From Candidatus Bathyarchaeota archaeon (lineage in GTDB: Archaea; Thermoproteota; Bathyarchaeia; Bathyarchaeales; Bathycorpusculaceae), in contig CAVYRJ010000008.1 in NCBI GenBank assembly GCA_963770935.1, forward strand, positions 96,001 to 160,000: a DNA stretch of 64,000 bases, given 5' to 3'. The notes under the pieces were generated by a model. The model saw only the letters and a list, made by a program, of their open reading frames with translations. It searched no databases and was not told the DNA's origin. The position numbers were made by a program, and so were the translations under genes. Position 1 is the first letter of the stretch; every line of letters starts with the position of its first letter. Of this stretch, positions 21,745-30,857 are shown piece after piece.

Positions 21745-22821
21745 TTAGGAGAGGATTGTTTGTGCAATTCTAAAAATGATGAATTCCGTTGGCTTTACAG
21801 GCGCCACACCGATCAGCATTATTAATCGCCCTTCGTCGATGTCGTTTTGTGTCATGGTATTTCTGCCGCACTCCACAAAATAGGCTTCTTGCTGTTTGGT
21901 GCCCAATATCATCCCAGATTTCCATGTTTGTGTGAGAAAATTCTCTGTTGCTGTTTTTATTTTTGCCCATGTTGCTTCATTGTTGGGTTCAAAAACTGCC
22001 CACTCAGTTCCTTTTTTAATCGACTGCTCAAGATAGATTATCAGCCTACAAACATTGACATACTTTTTTATTGGGTCGCTCGAAAGGGTTCTGGCACCCC
22101 ACACGAGTAGGCCTCTGCCAGCGAAATTGCGGATAGTATTTATTCCCTGTAAGTTGAGGCTGTCTTGCCGATACGATTTTATTGTTACCTCTAAGCCTAC
22201 TGCACCTTTAACAAGCTGGTTTGCCGGTGCCCTATGAACGCCCACTTCGATATCAGTGCGTGCATAAATTCCTGCAACATGACCGCCTGGCGGTATCAAA
22301 CATGTCACGTTTACCCCGGCTTGCTTCACGTAAATCCATGGATAATACAACGCGGCAAACGAAGATTCACGTGGCTTGGTTACGCTAGATGAGTTCTGCC
22401 CCTTAAGCGAATCAAAAATGACAAATCTATTTCTCAGCTGTTCACAATGATTGATCAATAAGTCAGTTAAACCCGTCACAGCTTGAGCGTTTGGGGAGTA
22501 AATAATTGAAACCTCTACTGCTTCAAGGTTAGCGAGAGCCGATGAATAGTTGGAATCGGTTACTCTGCACACGTAGCATCGCTGCCCGCCGTTTAAGAAA
22601 AAGCCTTCAACTGCATATGGCAGATATTTGCCTTCGCCAAAAAAACCACCGAAAACCCTTTGGTATTCGATAAAGCTGGTTACGAGTGTAGGCGTGGTTG
22701 GACCTGTTTCTGCTTCACCTAAAAATGCTGCGGTGCTTGTGCCTACACCTTCGATTGACTTCGGATGAACATTAATATCTTCTATGTATATTCCAGATGA
22801 TTTTACGTTAAAGCGACTCAT
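21745..22821 (-). CDS. Contractile phage-tail / eCIS-type sheath protein (minimal, 358 aa)
   Basis: GIYIE, IEGVGTSTAAFLG..GP, YAVEGFF.NGG..CYV.RV, AALYYPW, PP.GHVAGIYARTD..GVH.APAN, GIN.IR.F..RG..VWGARTL, WAVFEPN, G.APVKP.EFIIFRI. Confidence 0.93.
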   Translation of the reverse strand: MSRFNVKSSGIYIEDINVHPKSIEGVGTSTAAFLGEAETGPTTPTLVTSFIEYQRVFGGFFGEGKYLPYAVEGFFLNGGQRCYVCRVTDSNYSSALANLEAVEVSIIYSPNAQAVTGLTDLLINHCEQLRNRFVIFDSLKGQNSSSVTKPRESSFAALYYPWIYVKQAGVNVTCLIPPGGHVAGIYARTDIEVGVHRAPANQLVKGAVGLEVTIKSYRQDSLNLQGINTIRNFAGRGLLVWGARTLSSDPIKKYVNVCRLIIYLEQSIKKGTEWAVFEPNNEATWAKIKTATENFLTQTWKSGMILGTKQQEAYFVECGRNTMTQNDIDEGRLIMLIGVAPVKPTEFIIFRIAQTILS

Positions 22822-22829
22822 ACATAGAA

Positions 22830-23237
22830 TTATGTTGGCGGTCTTTTTTGTGCGTATTGGTATCGGCGTGGTTTGCCAATGCGGGTTAGTATATTGTCTT
22901 TGACTAGGTCGACTAGGGCGTGGGCTACTGCGGTGCGGTCATAATGGAATCCTTTGCGTGCGAGTTCGGTGTGGACGTCGTCTAAGCCGCGGGGCTCTGA
23001 GAACCAGTTTTCTTCCCAGAGTTTTTGGATTACGCCTCGGCACGTCTCGGCGCGTGGTAGGGATGCAGGGCGTTCGGTTGGTTGGGTTAGATTGATATTT
23101 TTTGAGTGTTCGGTGACGGTGGAGAGTATTTGGTTTACGGCTGTTTGGATTTGGTCTGGTTGGGCTTCGATTTCGAATTCTATGTCGCCGATTTTCATTT
23201 TTACGCGTATTGGCGGATTTTGCGGGTTTTGTGTCAA
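22830..23237 (-). CDS. Winged-helix DNA-binding protein with N-terminal beta-hairpin module
   Basis: AGGTGA SD then TTG at 23237; IRVKMKIGDIEFEIE N-terminus; C-terminal wHTH (WF..PR.L.DV..EL...G...AL..LVK..L.R.G..RRYQY). Confidence 0.75.
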   Translation of the reverse strand: MTQNPQNPPIRVKMKIGDIEFEIEAQPDQIQTAVNQILSTVTEHSKNINLTQPTERPASLPRAETCRGVIQKLWEENWFSEPRGLDDVHTELARKGFHYDRTAVAHALVDLVKDNILTRIGKPRRYQYAQKRPPT

Positions 23238-23330
23238 CTCTTCACCTATTGTATATTGAATTGTGCAAGATGCACATGCACAATACTTAAATATTTCACC
23301 AATAAAGATATTGAATATTGGTGAATCAAC

Positions 23331-24410
23331 GTGATTGAACAATATACAATTACTAACAAATATAACTTTCCACAACCAACAATAGACTCACTCCTCCCCC
23401 AACGCTTCCTCGAACAAAGCATCCATTCCCTCAAACAAGTCCAACACCAACCGCTACAACTAAACCAACAAACTGAACACAAATTCAACATAGCCGAACA
23501 ATACCCACACAACATACAACTAAAACAGGGAGCAATCACCCTAAAAGCCGACCACCAAGAAACAATAGTTGCAGCCGTAGACACCTCCACCATAAAAATC
23601 GGTGAAACCCAAACCGGCATCATTGTTGCCATCCGAGGAGCAACAACATGGAAACAAAACGGCACCTACAAATACACACGCCTAGGACCATTCATATTTC
23701 ACATAACTGAAGAAAACAAAAACCAACTCTGCAACACACTCGAACACGCCTACTTCAGCACCACCTACGGTAGTAGTCACCAGTCAGCGCCAAACATCAT
23801 ACAGATGCCCACGCGACTCGCCAGTCTCTTGGAGCGGTGGCTGCAAACAATGCTTGCCAAAACTGTAAACCACGGTGTCCTTCTTTTCGATGGTTCCTTA
23901 ACCGCTGGTACCCCTGAAACCCCAACCCAGCGCCTCAGGGAAATTTTGGGCTATGCAAGACGAAACCAGAGCACGGTTTTGGCGTTCTCAAAAGCCACGA
24001 CGCTTAGGTCAAACGGATTGTTGATAACGGAGCAGCTGCCAAATCGTGACCCCCCTTATTTGCTTGAGACTGCAGGTTTGCATTCTAAGCCGCCTATGAT
24101 GCTTTTGGGAGATGTTTATGTGGCGCGGCTAAACAAGGCAAACTTGGCTTTCAGGCTGGACATAGACAGAGAAACGCCTGTGGAGCAGCGGATGGAAGCC
24201 ATCCAGAAACTCTTGGGCAACGACTTATACACCCAGAGCTACCCCGAAACACTAAGGCTTTCACATATCCTTTGCACCTTTACCGCCAACGAGGTCTTAG
24301 CCATCAAACACTTCATAACTCGAAAACACGGTATCCATATCGTCAACCGACCCGACATGCACAGAATCCTCTTCGGATCCTACGGCTTCAAAGGAGAAAA
24401 TTACGCTTGA
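23331..24410 (+). CDS. nurA: NurA-family nuclease
   Basis: VAAVDTS, LLFDGSL, AFSK, FRLD, YPETLRLSHILC motifs; directly upstream of a HerA-like ATPase. Confidence 0.8.
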   Translation: MIEQYTITNKYNFPQPTIDSLLPQRFLEQSIHSLKQVQHQPLQLNQQTEHKFNIAEQYPHNIQLKQGAITLKADHQETIVAAVDTSTIKIGETQTGIIVAIRGATTWKQNGTYKYTRLGPFIFHITEENKNQLCNTLEHAYFSTTYGSSHQSAPNIIQMPTRLASLLERWLQTMLAKTVNHGVLLFDGSLTAGTPETPTQRLREILGYARRNQSTVLAFSKATTLRSNGLLITEQLPNRDPPYLLETAGLHSKPPMMLLGDVYVARLNKANLAFRLDIDRETPVEQRMEAIQKLLGNDLYTQSYPETLRLSHILCTFTANEVLAIKHFITRKHGIHIVNRPDMHRILFGSYGFKGENYA

Positions 24411-25867
24411 AACTCTATAAAAAAGAAGGCAACATCCTGCAAGTCATCAGTTTCCCTACAGAGAGCGCCGAAAAAGGCGACTACCTATTAGTGGAAGATG
24501 CCGATGCAGAAAAAGCGCTGATTGCACAAGTTATCGACGTGCAATTTGCCGCTGTTCCCGGTGTTCTGGAGGAGCTTTTGCGGACCCTGCCCGACGGAGG
24601 CGAACCGCTCCAGGGAGAAGACATTGACCCAATGGAAATTGCTCCCCACATCACCTACATTCAGGATGCAAGTCTGCTGATCTGCAAGATACGCGCCACT
24701 TTGGAAAATGATTTTTTGAGCCCAAGCAGCAGTTGGCTTCCGAGCCGTTCTCAATCCACCATCAAAAAACTCTCCATTCCAATGCTCATGAAACTTGCCA
24801 AAGTCGACGGCAAACTACCCATAGCCTTGGGCGGAACCAAAGACTCTTCCCTCCTAACCATTGATGCCTCAGCCATAGATGGCACCTTAAACATAATCAC
24901 TGGCAAGAAGGGCTGCGGCAAATCCCACCTATCCAAACTCCTCATGGTAAACCTTGTCGGCTACAAAGCCACCATTGTAATCTTCGACTTAAACGGCGAA
25001 TATAGCAGCCTCGGCATGACCAACGACGGAAAACGAAATATGTACTATGATAAAATTCATACACTCACGCCCAGCCAGAACTTCAAGGTGGCGCTTGAGC
25101 AGCTGCCCCTAAACACAGTGATGGGGATACTTGTAAATGCGCTGCATCTGCCAGGAACCTCAGCTCGGGAATTCCGTCGTCTATGGAAAATGCTCAAAGA
25201 ACAAGGAAAACTAAACATGCAGAATTTGGGTGAGGCGATTCGCGATCTTAACTGCAATCAGCATGTACGGGATGCGTTGGCTTCGCGGTTTCACTCATTT
25301 GCTAACTCTGGCTTTTTCACAGATTGCCCAGCAGAAGCAATGCGACTCGATGAGAGCATCTTGAAAGCTAAGGATGTAGGCGGCGCCATAATCGTAAACC
25401 TGAAGAACACGTCTAACATCGACCGCCAAATCGTTGTAGAGTATGTCTTGGGAAAACTTGTGGATTCCCTGTCTAACTGGAAGCTCAAAGCCGTCTTCCT
25501 GTTCGCCGAAGAAGCCCACCTTTACCTACGCGAGACCTACTGGGATGACATCGTAACCCGCATGCGCCACTACGGCATATTCACTACCTTCATCACAAAC
25601 CAGCCTGACACCATCCAAGAAACCATCTACCGCCAAGCTGACAACATCTTCCTTTTTAACTTCACCAACGAACACGACCTCGATGTTGTAAGCAGAGCCG
25701 CACGTGTGGACGCCGAAACCGTACGCTCAATCGCCCGCGACCTGCCGCCTCATCATTGTCTAACCTTAGGCAAAGTTGTACGGGACTTCCCGATAGTTGC
25801 TCGAGTAAGAGCCTTAGACATTAAAACGTTAGGAGAAACACGTCTCTTCTTTAGCGATAAGAATTAG
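24407..25867 (+). CDS. herA: HerA-like (FtsK/HerA, DUF87) ATPase/helicase
   Basis: TTG start overlaps the nurA TGA; HAS-barrel-like N-terminus; Walker A GKKGCGKS; IFDLNGEY; Walker B FLFAEEAH; R.RHYG...FITNQP. Confidence 0.85.
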   Translation: MKLYKKEGNILQVISFPTESAEKGDYLLVEDADAEKALIAQVIDVQFAAVPGVLEELLRTLPDGGEPLQGEDIDPMEIAPHITYIQDASLLICKIRATLENDFLSPSSSWLPSRSQSTIKKLSIPMLMKLAKVDGKLPIALGGTKDSSLLTIDASAIDGTLNIITGKKGCGKSHLSKLLMVNLVGYKATIVIFDLNGEYSSLGMTNDGKRNMYYDKIHTLTPSQNFKVALEQLPLNTVMGILVNALHLPGTSAREFRRLWKMLKEQGKLNMQNLGEAIRDLNCNQHVRDALASRFHSFANSGFFTDCPAEAMRLDESILKAKDVGGAIIVNLKNTSNIDRQIVVEYVLGKLVDSLSNWKLKAVFLFAEEAHLYLRETYWDDIVTRMRHYGIFTTFITNQPDTIQETIYRQADNIFLFNFTNEHDLDVVSRAARVDAETVRSIARDLPPHHCLTLGKVVRDFPIVARVRALDIKTLGETRLFFSDKN

Positions 25868-26297
25868 CTTTCTCTAATTTTTCCCTGTTTTGCCTGAAAA
25901 AAAGCCTAAACGACGCGGTCAAATTGTATGTTTCCACTTCGTCGAAGGTTACCCAACGCAGTTCCTCAGCGTCGCTCGCAGCCTGAATGTTTCCGCCTTT
26001 AACGTGCACGAGGTAATCAATGATGACGTAGTGGTACTTTACTTTGCTATATTCATCTCGGTCAACGTTGCCGACAACATCGAGCAACTGTGGGTTTTCG
26101 ACTTCTAAGCAGGTTTCCTCTTTAGCTTCCCGAATAACGGCTGTCTCAATGCTTTCACCTAGTTCAACCAAGCCGCCGGGGATTGTCCATTTGCCCTTGC
26201 TGGGCTCATTGCCTCGTTTTATGAGCGCAATCATACAGTCTCTTACGATTACGACGCCGATACCGACAATTGGCTGGTCAGGGTACATCCTCTTCAT
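25851..26297 (-). CDS. Nudix hydrolase (ADP-ribose pyrophosphatase-like)
   Basis: Nudix box PGGLVELGESIETAVIREAKEETCL. Confidence 0.92.
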   Translation of the reverse strand: MKRMYPDQPIVGIGVVIVRDCMIALIKRGNEPSKGKWTIPGGLVELGESIETAVIREAKEETCLEVENPQLLDVVGNVDRDEYSKVKYHYVIIDYLVHVKGGNIQAASDAEELRWVTFDEVETYNLTASFRLFFRQNREKLEKANSYR

Positions 26298-26385
26298 GTG
26301 GAAACATCTCTGCAGAACTAAAGTTACCGTATCTTAAAGCTTCTATGGGTACAAAAAAACAAAAAAGAAAGTGATTGGGTCGCGC

Positions 26386-27720
26386 TTATTCGTATCTTAG
26401 CGCTTCAACTGGCTTGAGTTTTGAGGCGCGCCATGCAGGGTATAGTGCAAAGATTACGCTGACTCCGACACCGAAACCTAAGGCGCCCACAAGCACTTCA
26501 GGAGTTAGAAGTGGCGTTATTGTGAATCCTCCGCCGCTGCCAAACGCTCCTGAACCCAAAACTGTTGCAGTAACGTTAGCTAATATCCAGCCCAGCACTA
26601 TTCCGATTATTGCGCCCATTAATCCGATGATTACGGATTCGCCAAGGAAGATAGTCAGTACGGTTCTGCTCTTCATTCCTAATGCTTTGAGGATGCCAAT
26701 TTCACGAGTACGTTCAATCAACGAAACTATCATGATGTTCATTATTCCAATGCCTGCTACCAGTAAAGAAATTGCCGCGATTCCTCCGAGGAACAATTGT
26801 AGTAAGCTAAAGATGCTTGTGAGCAGACTTAGAACTGCAGTTGAGGATATTACAGAGACTTGGTTGCTGAAGTGGTCAGTTATGAGTTTTGATACGGTTG
26901 TGATGGTTGCGTTGTCACTGCTCTTGAGCTTTACGATTATCATGTCAGCTTGCTCCGTGCCTAAGAAGCTCTGCGCTTTATCAATCGGAATGTATACGCC
27001 TGTGTCTGAGGGTCCGCCAATTCCAAAGCCGCCAATTTTGTCGAGAACTCCTGAAACGTCGGCTGTGTAGGTTTCGTTTATTGGTGGGAGGACTGTTGCG
27101 TTGGTCCATGTGATGTTGATTCTGTCGCCTGCGCCAAAGAATATTGTTCCATTCTGTCCAGGCTGATTCAGTCGTGTGCCAACGATTGCGTCGGTTTCAA
27201 CTGGGATTAATGGGATGGTTCCGCTTGCAGCTTCAAAAGTGGTTGGGTAAACTTGAGCGTACTTGTTGAAGTCTACACCGTAGATGGTAACTGTCCTGTT
27301 TAGGTTGTCGGTTTGAATGAATCCTCCTCGGCTGATAACGGCAATTGAGGTATCTATGTCTACAGATAATGCTTCAATTTCACTGGTATAGTTAACGTAA
27401 AGTTTGAAGCCAGAATTATCGCTGGCGCCGACTCCGCCCCCAAAGCCACCGTCTCCACCCGCACCTGGACCTGCACCTCCGCCTCCCCCGCCTCCTGCTC
27501 CACCTATAAAGCCACCGCTGCCCGGTGTCACGATTAGGGTGTTTGCAGATAATCCTTGATTGAGCTGGCCTGTTATGGTTGCTTGTAAACCTTGCGTAAT
27601 TGAGAGCAAAGCCACTATCGCTGCGATTCCTATGACAACGCCCATTGTGGTTAATGCTGCTCGTAGCTTGCGAAGTTTAATCGCGCTAAAAGAGTAACCG
27701 AAAATATCTATTGTTTTCAT
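26386..27720 (-). CDS. MacB/FtsX-type ABC permease
   Basis: LRAALT..GVVIGIAAIV; GIGIMNIMIVSLIERTREIGILKALG; YPAWRASKLKPVEALRYE. Confidence 0.93.
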   Translation of the reverse strand: MKTIDIFGYSFSAIKLRKLRAALTTMGVVIGIAAIVALLSITQGLQATITGQLNQGLSANTLIVTPGSGGFIGGAGGGGGGGAGPGAGGDGGFGGGVGASDNSGFKLYVNYTSEIEALSVDIDTSIAVISRGGFIQTDNLNRTVTIYGVDFNKYAQVYPTTFEAASGTIPLIPVETDAIVGTRLNQPGQNGTIFFGAGDRINITWTNATVLPPINETYTADVSGVLDKIGGFGIGGPSDTGVYIPIDKAQSFLGTEQADMIIVKLKSSDNATITTVSKLITDHFSNQVSVISSTAVLSLLTSIFSLLQLFLGGIAAISLLVAGIGIMNIMIVSLIERTREIGILKALGMKSRTVLTIFLGESVIIGLMGAIIGIVLGWILANVTATVLGSGAFGSGGGFTITPLLTPEVLVGALGFGVGVSVIFALYPAWRASKLKPVEALRYE

Positions 27721-28418
27721 TTTTGGTTCACCACTTCTGTGGTTATTTCACCATCAAACATCTGAACGGTTCTTTTTGACTCTCGTGCCAAATGCTGATC
27801 ATGAGTTACCATGATGATGCTAACGTTGTCTTCAACGTTGAGTTTTCTGATTAATTTTAAAACTTCGCTTGCCGTTTTTGAATCGACGTTTCCTGTTGGC
27901 TCATCCAAAAGAAGAAACTTGGGGTTATTTGCTAAGGCGCGTGCAATGGCAACACGTTGTTGTTGTCCACCGCTAAGTTCAGCAGGTTTATGGTTGACTC
28001 TGTCTTTTAAGCCGACGGTTTCCAAAAGTTCTATTGCACGCTTTTTTCTCTGTGCTTTAGACATGTTGGATATTGACATTGGTAATTCAACATTGTCGCG
28101 TGCGGTTAATCTAGGGATCAAATTGAAAAATTGAAAAACAAAACCGATTTTGAGCCTCAACTGAGCAAGTTGGTTATCGTTGAGTTTGGAGATGTCCACA
28201 CCGTCGATCAGAAGGGTACCTGAACTGGGCTTATCTAAGGCACCAATCAAATTTAGCATGGTGGATTTACCGCTTCCCGATGGCCCTAATATTGCAACGA
28301 AATCTCCAGCTTCAACTTTAAGGTTTACACCCCGAAGAGCTTCAACTGGGACTTTTCCCAGCATATAAGTTTTCTTTACATCTATCGCTTCAACGACAGG
28401 GATATTTTTCATTGACAT
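27717..28418 (-). CDS. LolD/MacB-type ABC ATP-binding protein
   Basis: [33 protein letters not shown]. Confidence 0.95.
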   Translation of the reverse strand: MSMKNIPVVEAIDVKKTYMLGKVPVEALRGVNLKVEAGDFVAILGPSGSGKSTMLNLIGALDKPSSGTLLIDGVDISKLNDNQLAQLRLKIGFVFQFFNLIPRLTARDNVELPMSISNMSKAQRKKRAIELLETVGLKDRVNHKPAELSGGQQQRVAIARALANNPKFLLLDEPTGNVDSKTASEVLKLIRKLNVEDNVSIIMVTHDQHLARESKRTVQMFDGEITTEVVNQK

Positions 28419-28543
28419 TCTTTTTCGCGCTTCTATTTCAGTTGAATTTTACCTTTATTTAAAGACTAGTTAAATCTAAAAAAGGAAGATAAAAAATGCA
28501 GTTCAAGAGAGAGCGTACTTCTTTTTTTTCGGTCCATGCCGCT

Positions 28544-29359
28544 CTATTTTCTCTTGAATTCCCGCTTTACGTCATCGAGTTTTGTGCCGACGATGTCTAT
28601 GTTGTCGATGTTTCCCAAGCCTTTTTGGTGGGCTGTTCTTATGTGGCTGATTTCGTGGGGGTTGATTCCCATTGCTCTGGCTGCTGTGGCGTCGGTGGCG
28701 ACTGAGTCTTTGCCTGCGATAATTAGGTCCATTTTGACGGGTGAGCCGTCGACTGGTCCTTTGCCTTCCATTGCTACAAAGCCGTCGATTACAGTTAGGT
28801 GGGGTTTAATGACGGTGTTTATGTCGACTATGACTTTGCTTATTCCCTTGGCATGGTACTTTGCTTTAAACTTGTCAGGCAACAGACCGAACATGTTCTT
28901 CATGCCCAAGGTGACTTTGGTTGCCATGTGAGTTTTCATTTTTGCGGCGCTGATTATGGCGGATTCCGTGACTATTCGGGGCACGGTTATGGTTTTTAGG
29001 CATTCGCAGTTGGGAATCTTTATTTTAACTTTGTCCTTTAAATGGCGCAGGTTGAGACATTCGACTTCGTATTGTTTGCACATTTCCGCCATTCCTGTAG
29101 CTTGGAAGGCTTTGTCTGCGTTAGTCATGGTTGCATCGGATTCGACGACGTAGATTTCCACGGGCAGCTTTTTTAGCCGTTGGATAATCGCCTCGACGAC
29201 GATGGGGTCTGTTGTTGCGCCAGTATCCCATGTCATAGTGGTTATGAAGTTGACTTTGATGAGAACCTTCTTGTATCCTTTCAGAGCGGATTCATAATCT
29301 ATTAAGTCAAGCGCTTTGAAAACGGGTTCATGCCCACGCTCGCCCTCGACGATTGCCAC
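28544..29359 (-). CDS. DUF362 family protein
   Basis: VLIKVN, TTDP.VV, K.KTH....TLGMKN.FG, IDG..AMEG.GP..G, D.VA.D. Confidence 0.9.
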   Translation of the reverse strand: MAIVEGERGHEPVFKALDLIDYESALKGYKKVLIKVNFITTMTWDTGATTDPIVVEAIIQRLKKLPVEIYVVESDATMTNADKAFQATGMAEMCKQYEVECLNLRHLKDKVKIKIPNCECLKTITVPRIVTESAIISAAKMKTHMATKVTLGMKNMFGLLPDKFKAKYHAKGISKVIVDINTVIKPHLTVIDGFVAMEGKGPVDGSPVKMDLIIAGKDSVATDATAARAMGINPHEISHIRTAHQKGLGNIDNIDIVGTKLDDVKREFKRK

Positions 29360-29424
29360 TTGTGATTTTTCCGTTTAAGACACCTGTTGTTTATGGTTTG
29401 ATAAATTGTTTAAATGTTTACTGG

Positions 29425-30288
29425 CTAAAACAGGAAACCAGTGATTAACCCAAACGTTAAACCCAGCATTATTGGGAAGGGTAAACCGGGGAAAATCCCT
29501 TTTTTCTCAAGCATAAAAAACGTCACAATTGAGCCAACTAAGATTCCAACTATCGCCATTATGGTTGGCAGTACACTTGGCAGGAAACTAAAGAACATAA
29601 CTCCCATGAGCATGGAGTAGAACACTAAGTCGCCTAGCCCCATTTGAATGTCCTTAAACGAAAAGCTTAAACCTTGAAGTTGGTCAAGTCCCGAGGACGC
29701 GGCGATTTTTCCCACTGGACCTCGATAGACCGCGATTACGTCATAGATGGCGAGAAAAACCAAAATAATGACTCCACTATTCAGAGGAATCCATTTACCG
29801 AAGAAAATACCCAATGCGCCACCTATTGCAACGACAGCTATGTTTCGGGCATTACTACCAAGACGGAAGATGGCGAGGTCAAAAAGCACCGCTAAAGCTA
29901 CAGACAATGCAATCAACACATACAGATTATTAATGATTGGGAAATAAGATAAAATTACAGATAAATAAACCAGCGACAACAGCAAAGCCGCAGTCGTCAA
30001 CGCTACAATAATTAAAGCTTTGATGATGTTTTTGCTTTTCCGTTTAAGCAGAAAATAGAATACGGTTGCGCTTATCGCGATAAGGACAACAAAGTATAGG
30101 GCGTTGCCGAAAGGCGCTCCTGGGGTGGTTTCTGGAATAGGAGTGACAGGAATATCTACTGGCAGCGGAACAAGTAGGTATGCACAGGCCAACCCGAAAA
30201 GCATGCTTGCAAGTATAGGAACCAGATAGATGAATTGGAATTTGAACTTGCCCTCTTCTTTCCCGGCGGGTTTTAGTTGTTCAGTCAA
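29425..30288 (-). CDS. Presenilin-like GxGD intramembrane aspartyl protease (A22)
   Basis: Multi-TM; catalytic YD (AIYDVIAV), GLGDLVFYS, and PGLP (PAL-equivalent) motifs. Confidence 0.88.
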   Translation of the reverse strand: MTEQLKPAGKEEGKFKFQFIYLVPILASMLFGLACAYLLVPLPVDIPVTPIPETTPGAPFGNALYFVVLIAISATVFYFLLKRKSKNIIKALIIVALTTAALLLSLVYLSVILSYFPIINNLYVLIALSVALAVLFDLAIFRLGSNARNIAVVAIGGALGIFFGKWIPLNSGVIILVFLAIYDVIAVYRGPVGKIAASSGLDQLQGLSFSFKDIQMGLGDLVFYSMLMGVMFFSFLPSVLPTIMAIVGILVGSIVTFFMLEKKGIFPGLPFPIMLGLTFGLITGFLF

Positions 30289-30294
30289 TGTCGT

Positions 30295-30847
30295 TTACCT
30301 TATGTCAGTGATAGCTATTGCCGCTTTCAAATAGCATTCGTCACACAATAAGCTTTGTTTTTTGTCTGTGTCAAAAATCGAATTAGAAAAATGCATTACA
30401 CACAAGGACCGCAGGCAATGTTTCACGCCCAATGTATGACCTAACTCGTGAATTGCCTCCTTTAACGTCCCGCAGAACATAGAGTGCTATGTTGGGTTTG
30501 TCTTTGTAGAATGCTGGTTTTAGCCGCCAAAGCGAAATTAACGCGGCGTTTCCCGGCATATAGGCTTCGCCAAACACATAGTTTAAGCCAGATGTAAAGA
30601 TGTCCACGTCTACTACGGCTAATACGCAGTGGAAATTCAGGTTTTTTGCGGCATAATCTCTGATTTCATTGAGGATTAAGGTGGAGTTGTACTGCTTGCG
30701 TTTTTTGTCAAATGCGCCTTGCGGTACAGGCATGGATTTTTCAATTATGGTGGCGGTGGTGTCTGGGAAAGCTTTCGCTAAGCCCTGCTGTAGCCCGGCC
30801 AAAACTTCGGGCGCGACCTGCCCAACCTGCAAAATTCCAATTTTCAT
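30295..30847 (-). CDS. amzA: Archaemetzincin (M54) zinc metalloprotease, frameshift at ~30470
   Basis: R.QY, LNYVFGEA, KEAIHELGHTLG..HC...CVMHFSNS..DTD.K....C..C. Confidence 0.88.
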
Positions 30848-30857
30848 TCTTTACAGC

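Noticed and set aside
21745-22821. Provirus around the sheath gene
   Set aside because: Flanking genes are cellular (HIT, DUF59, fasciclin, NurA-HerA, Nudix); no capsid, portal, terminase large subunit, integrase or att site is visible
27420-27525. GC-rich repeat-like tract
   Set aside because: Encodes a Gly-rich loop within the MacB-type permease, which is common in this family
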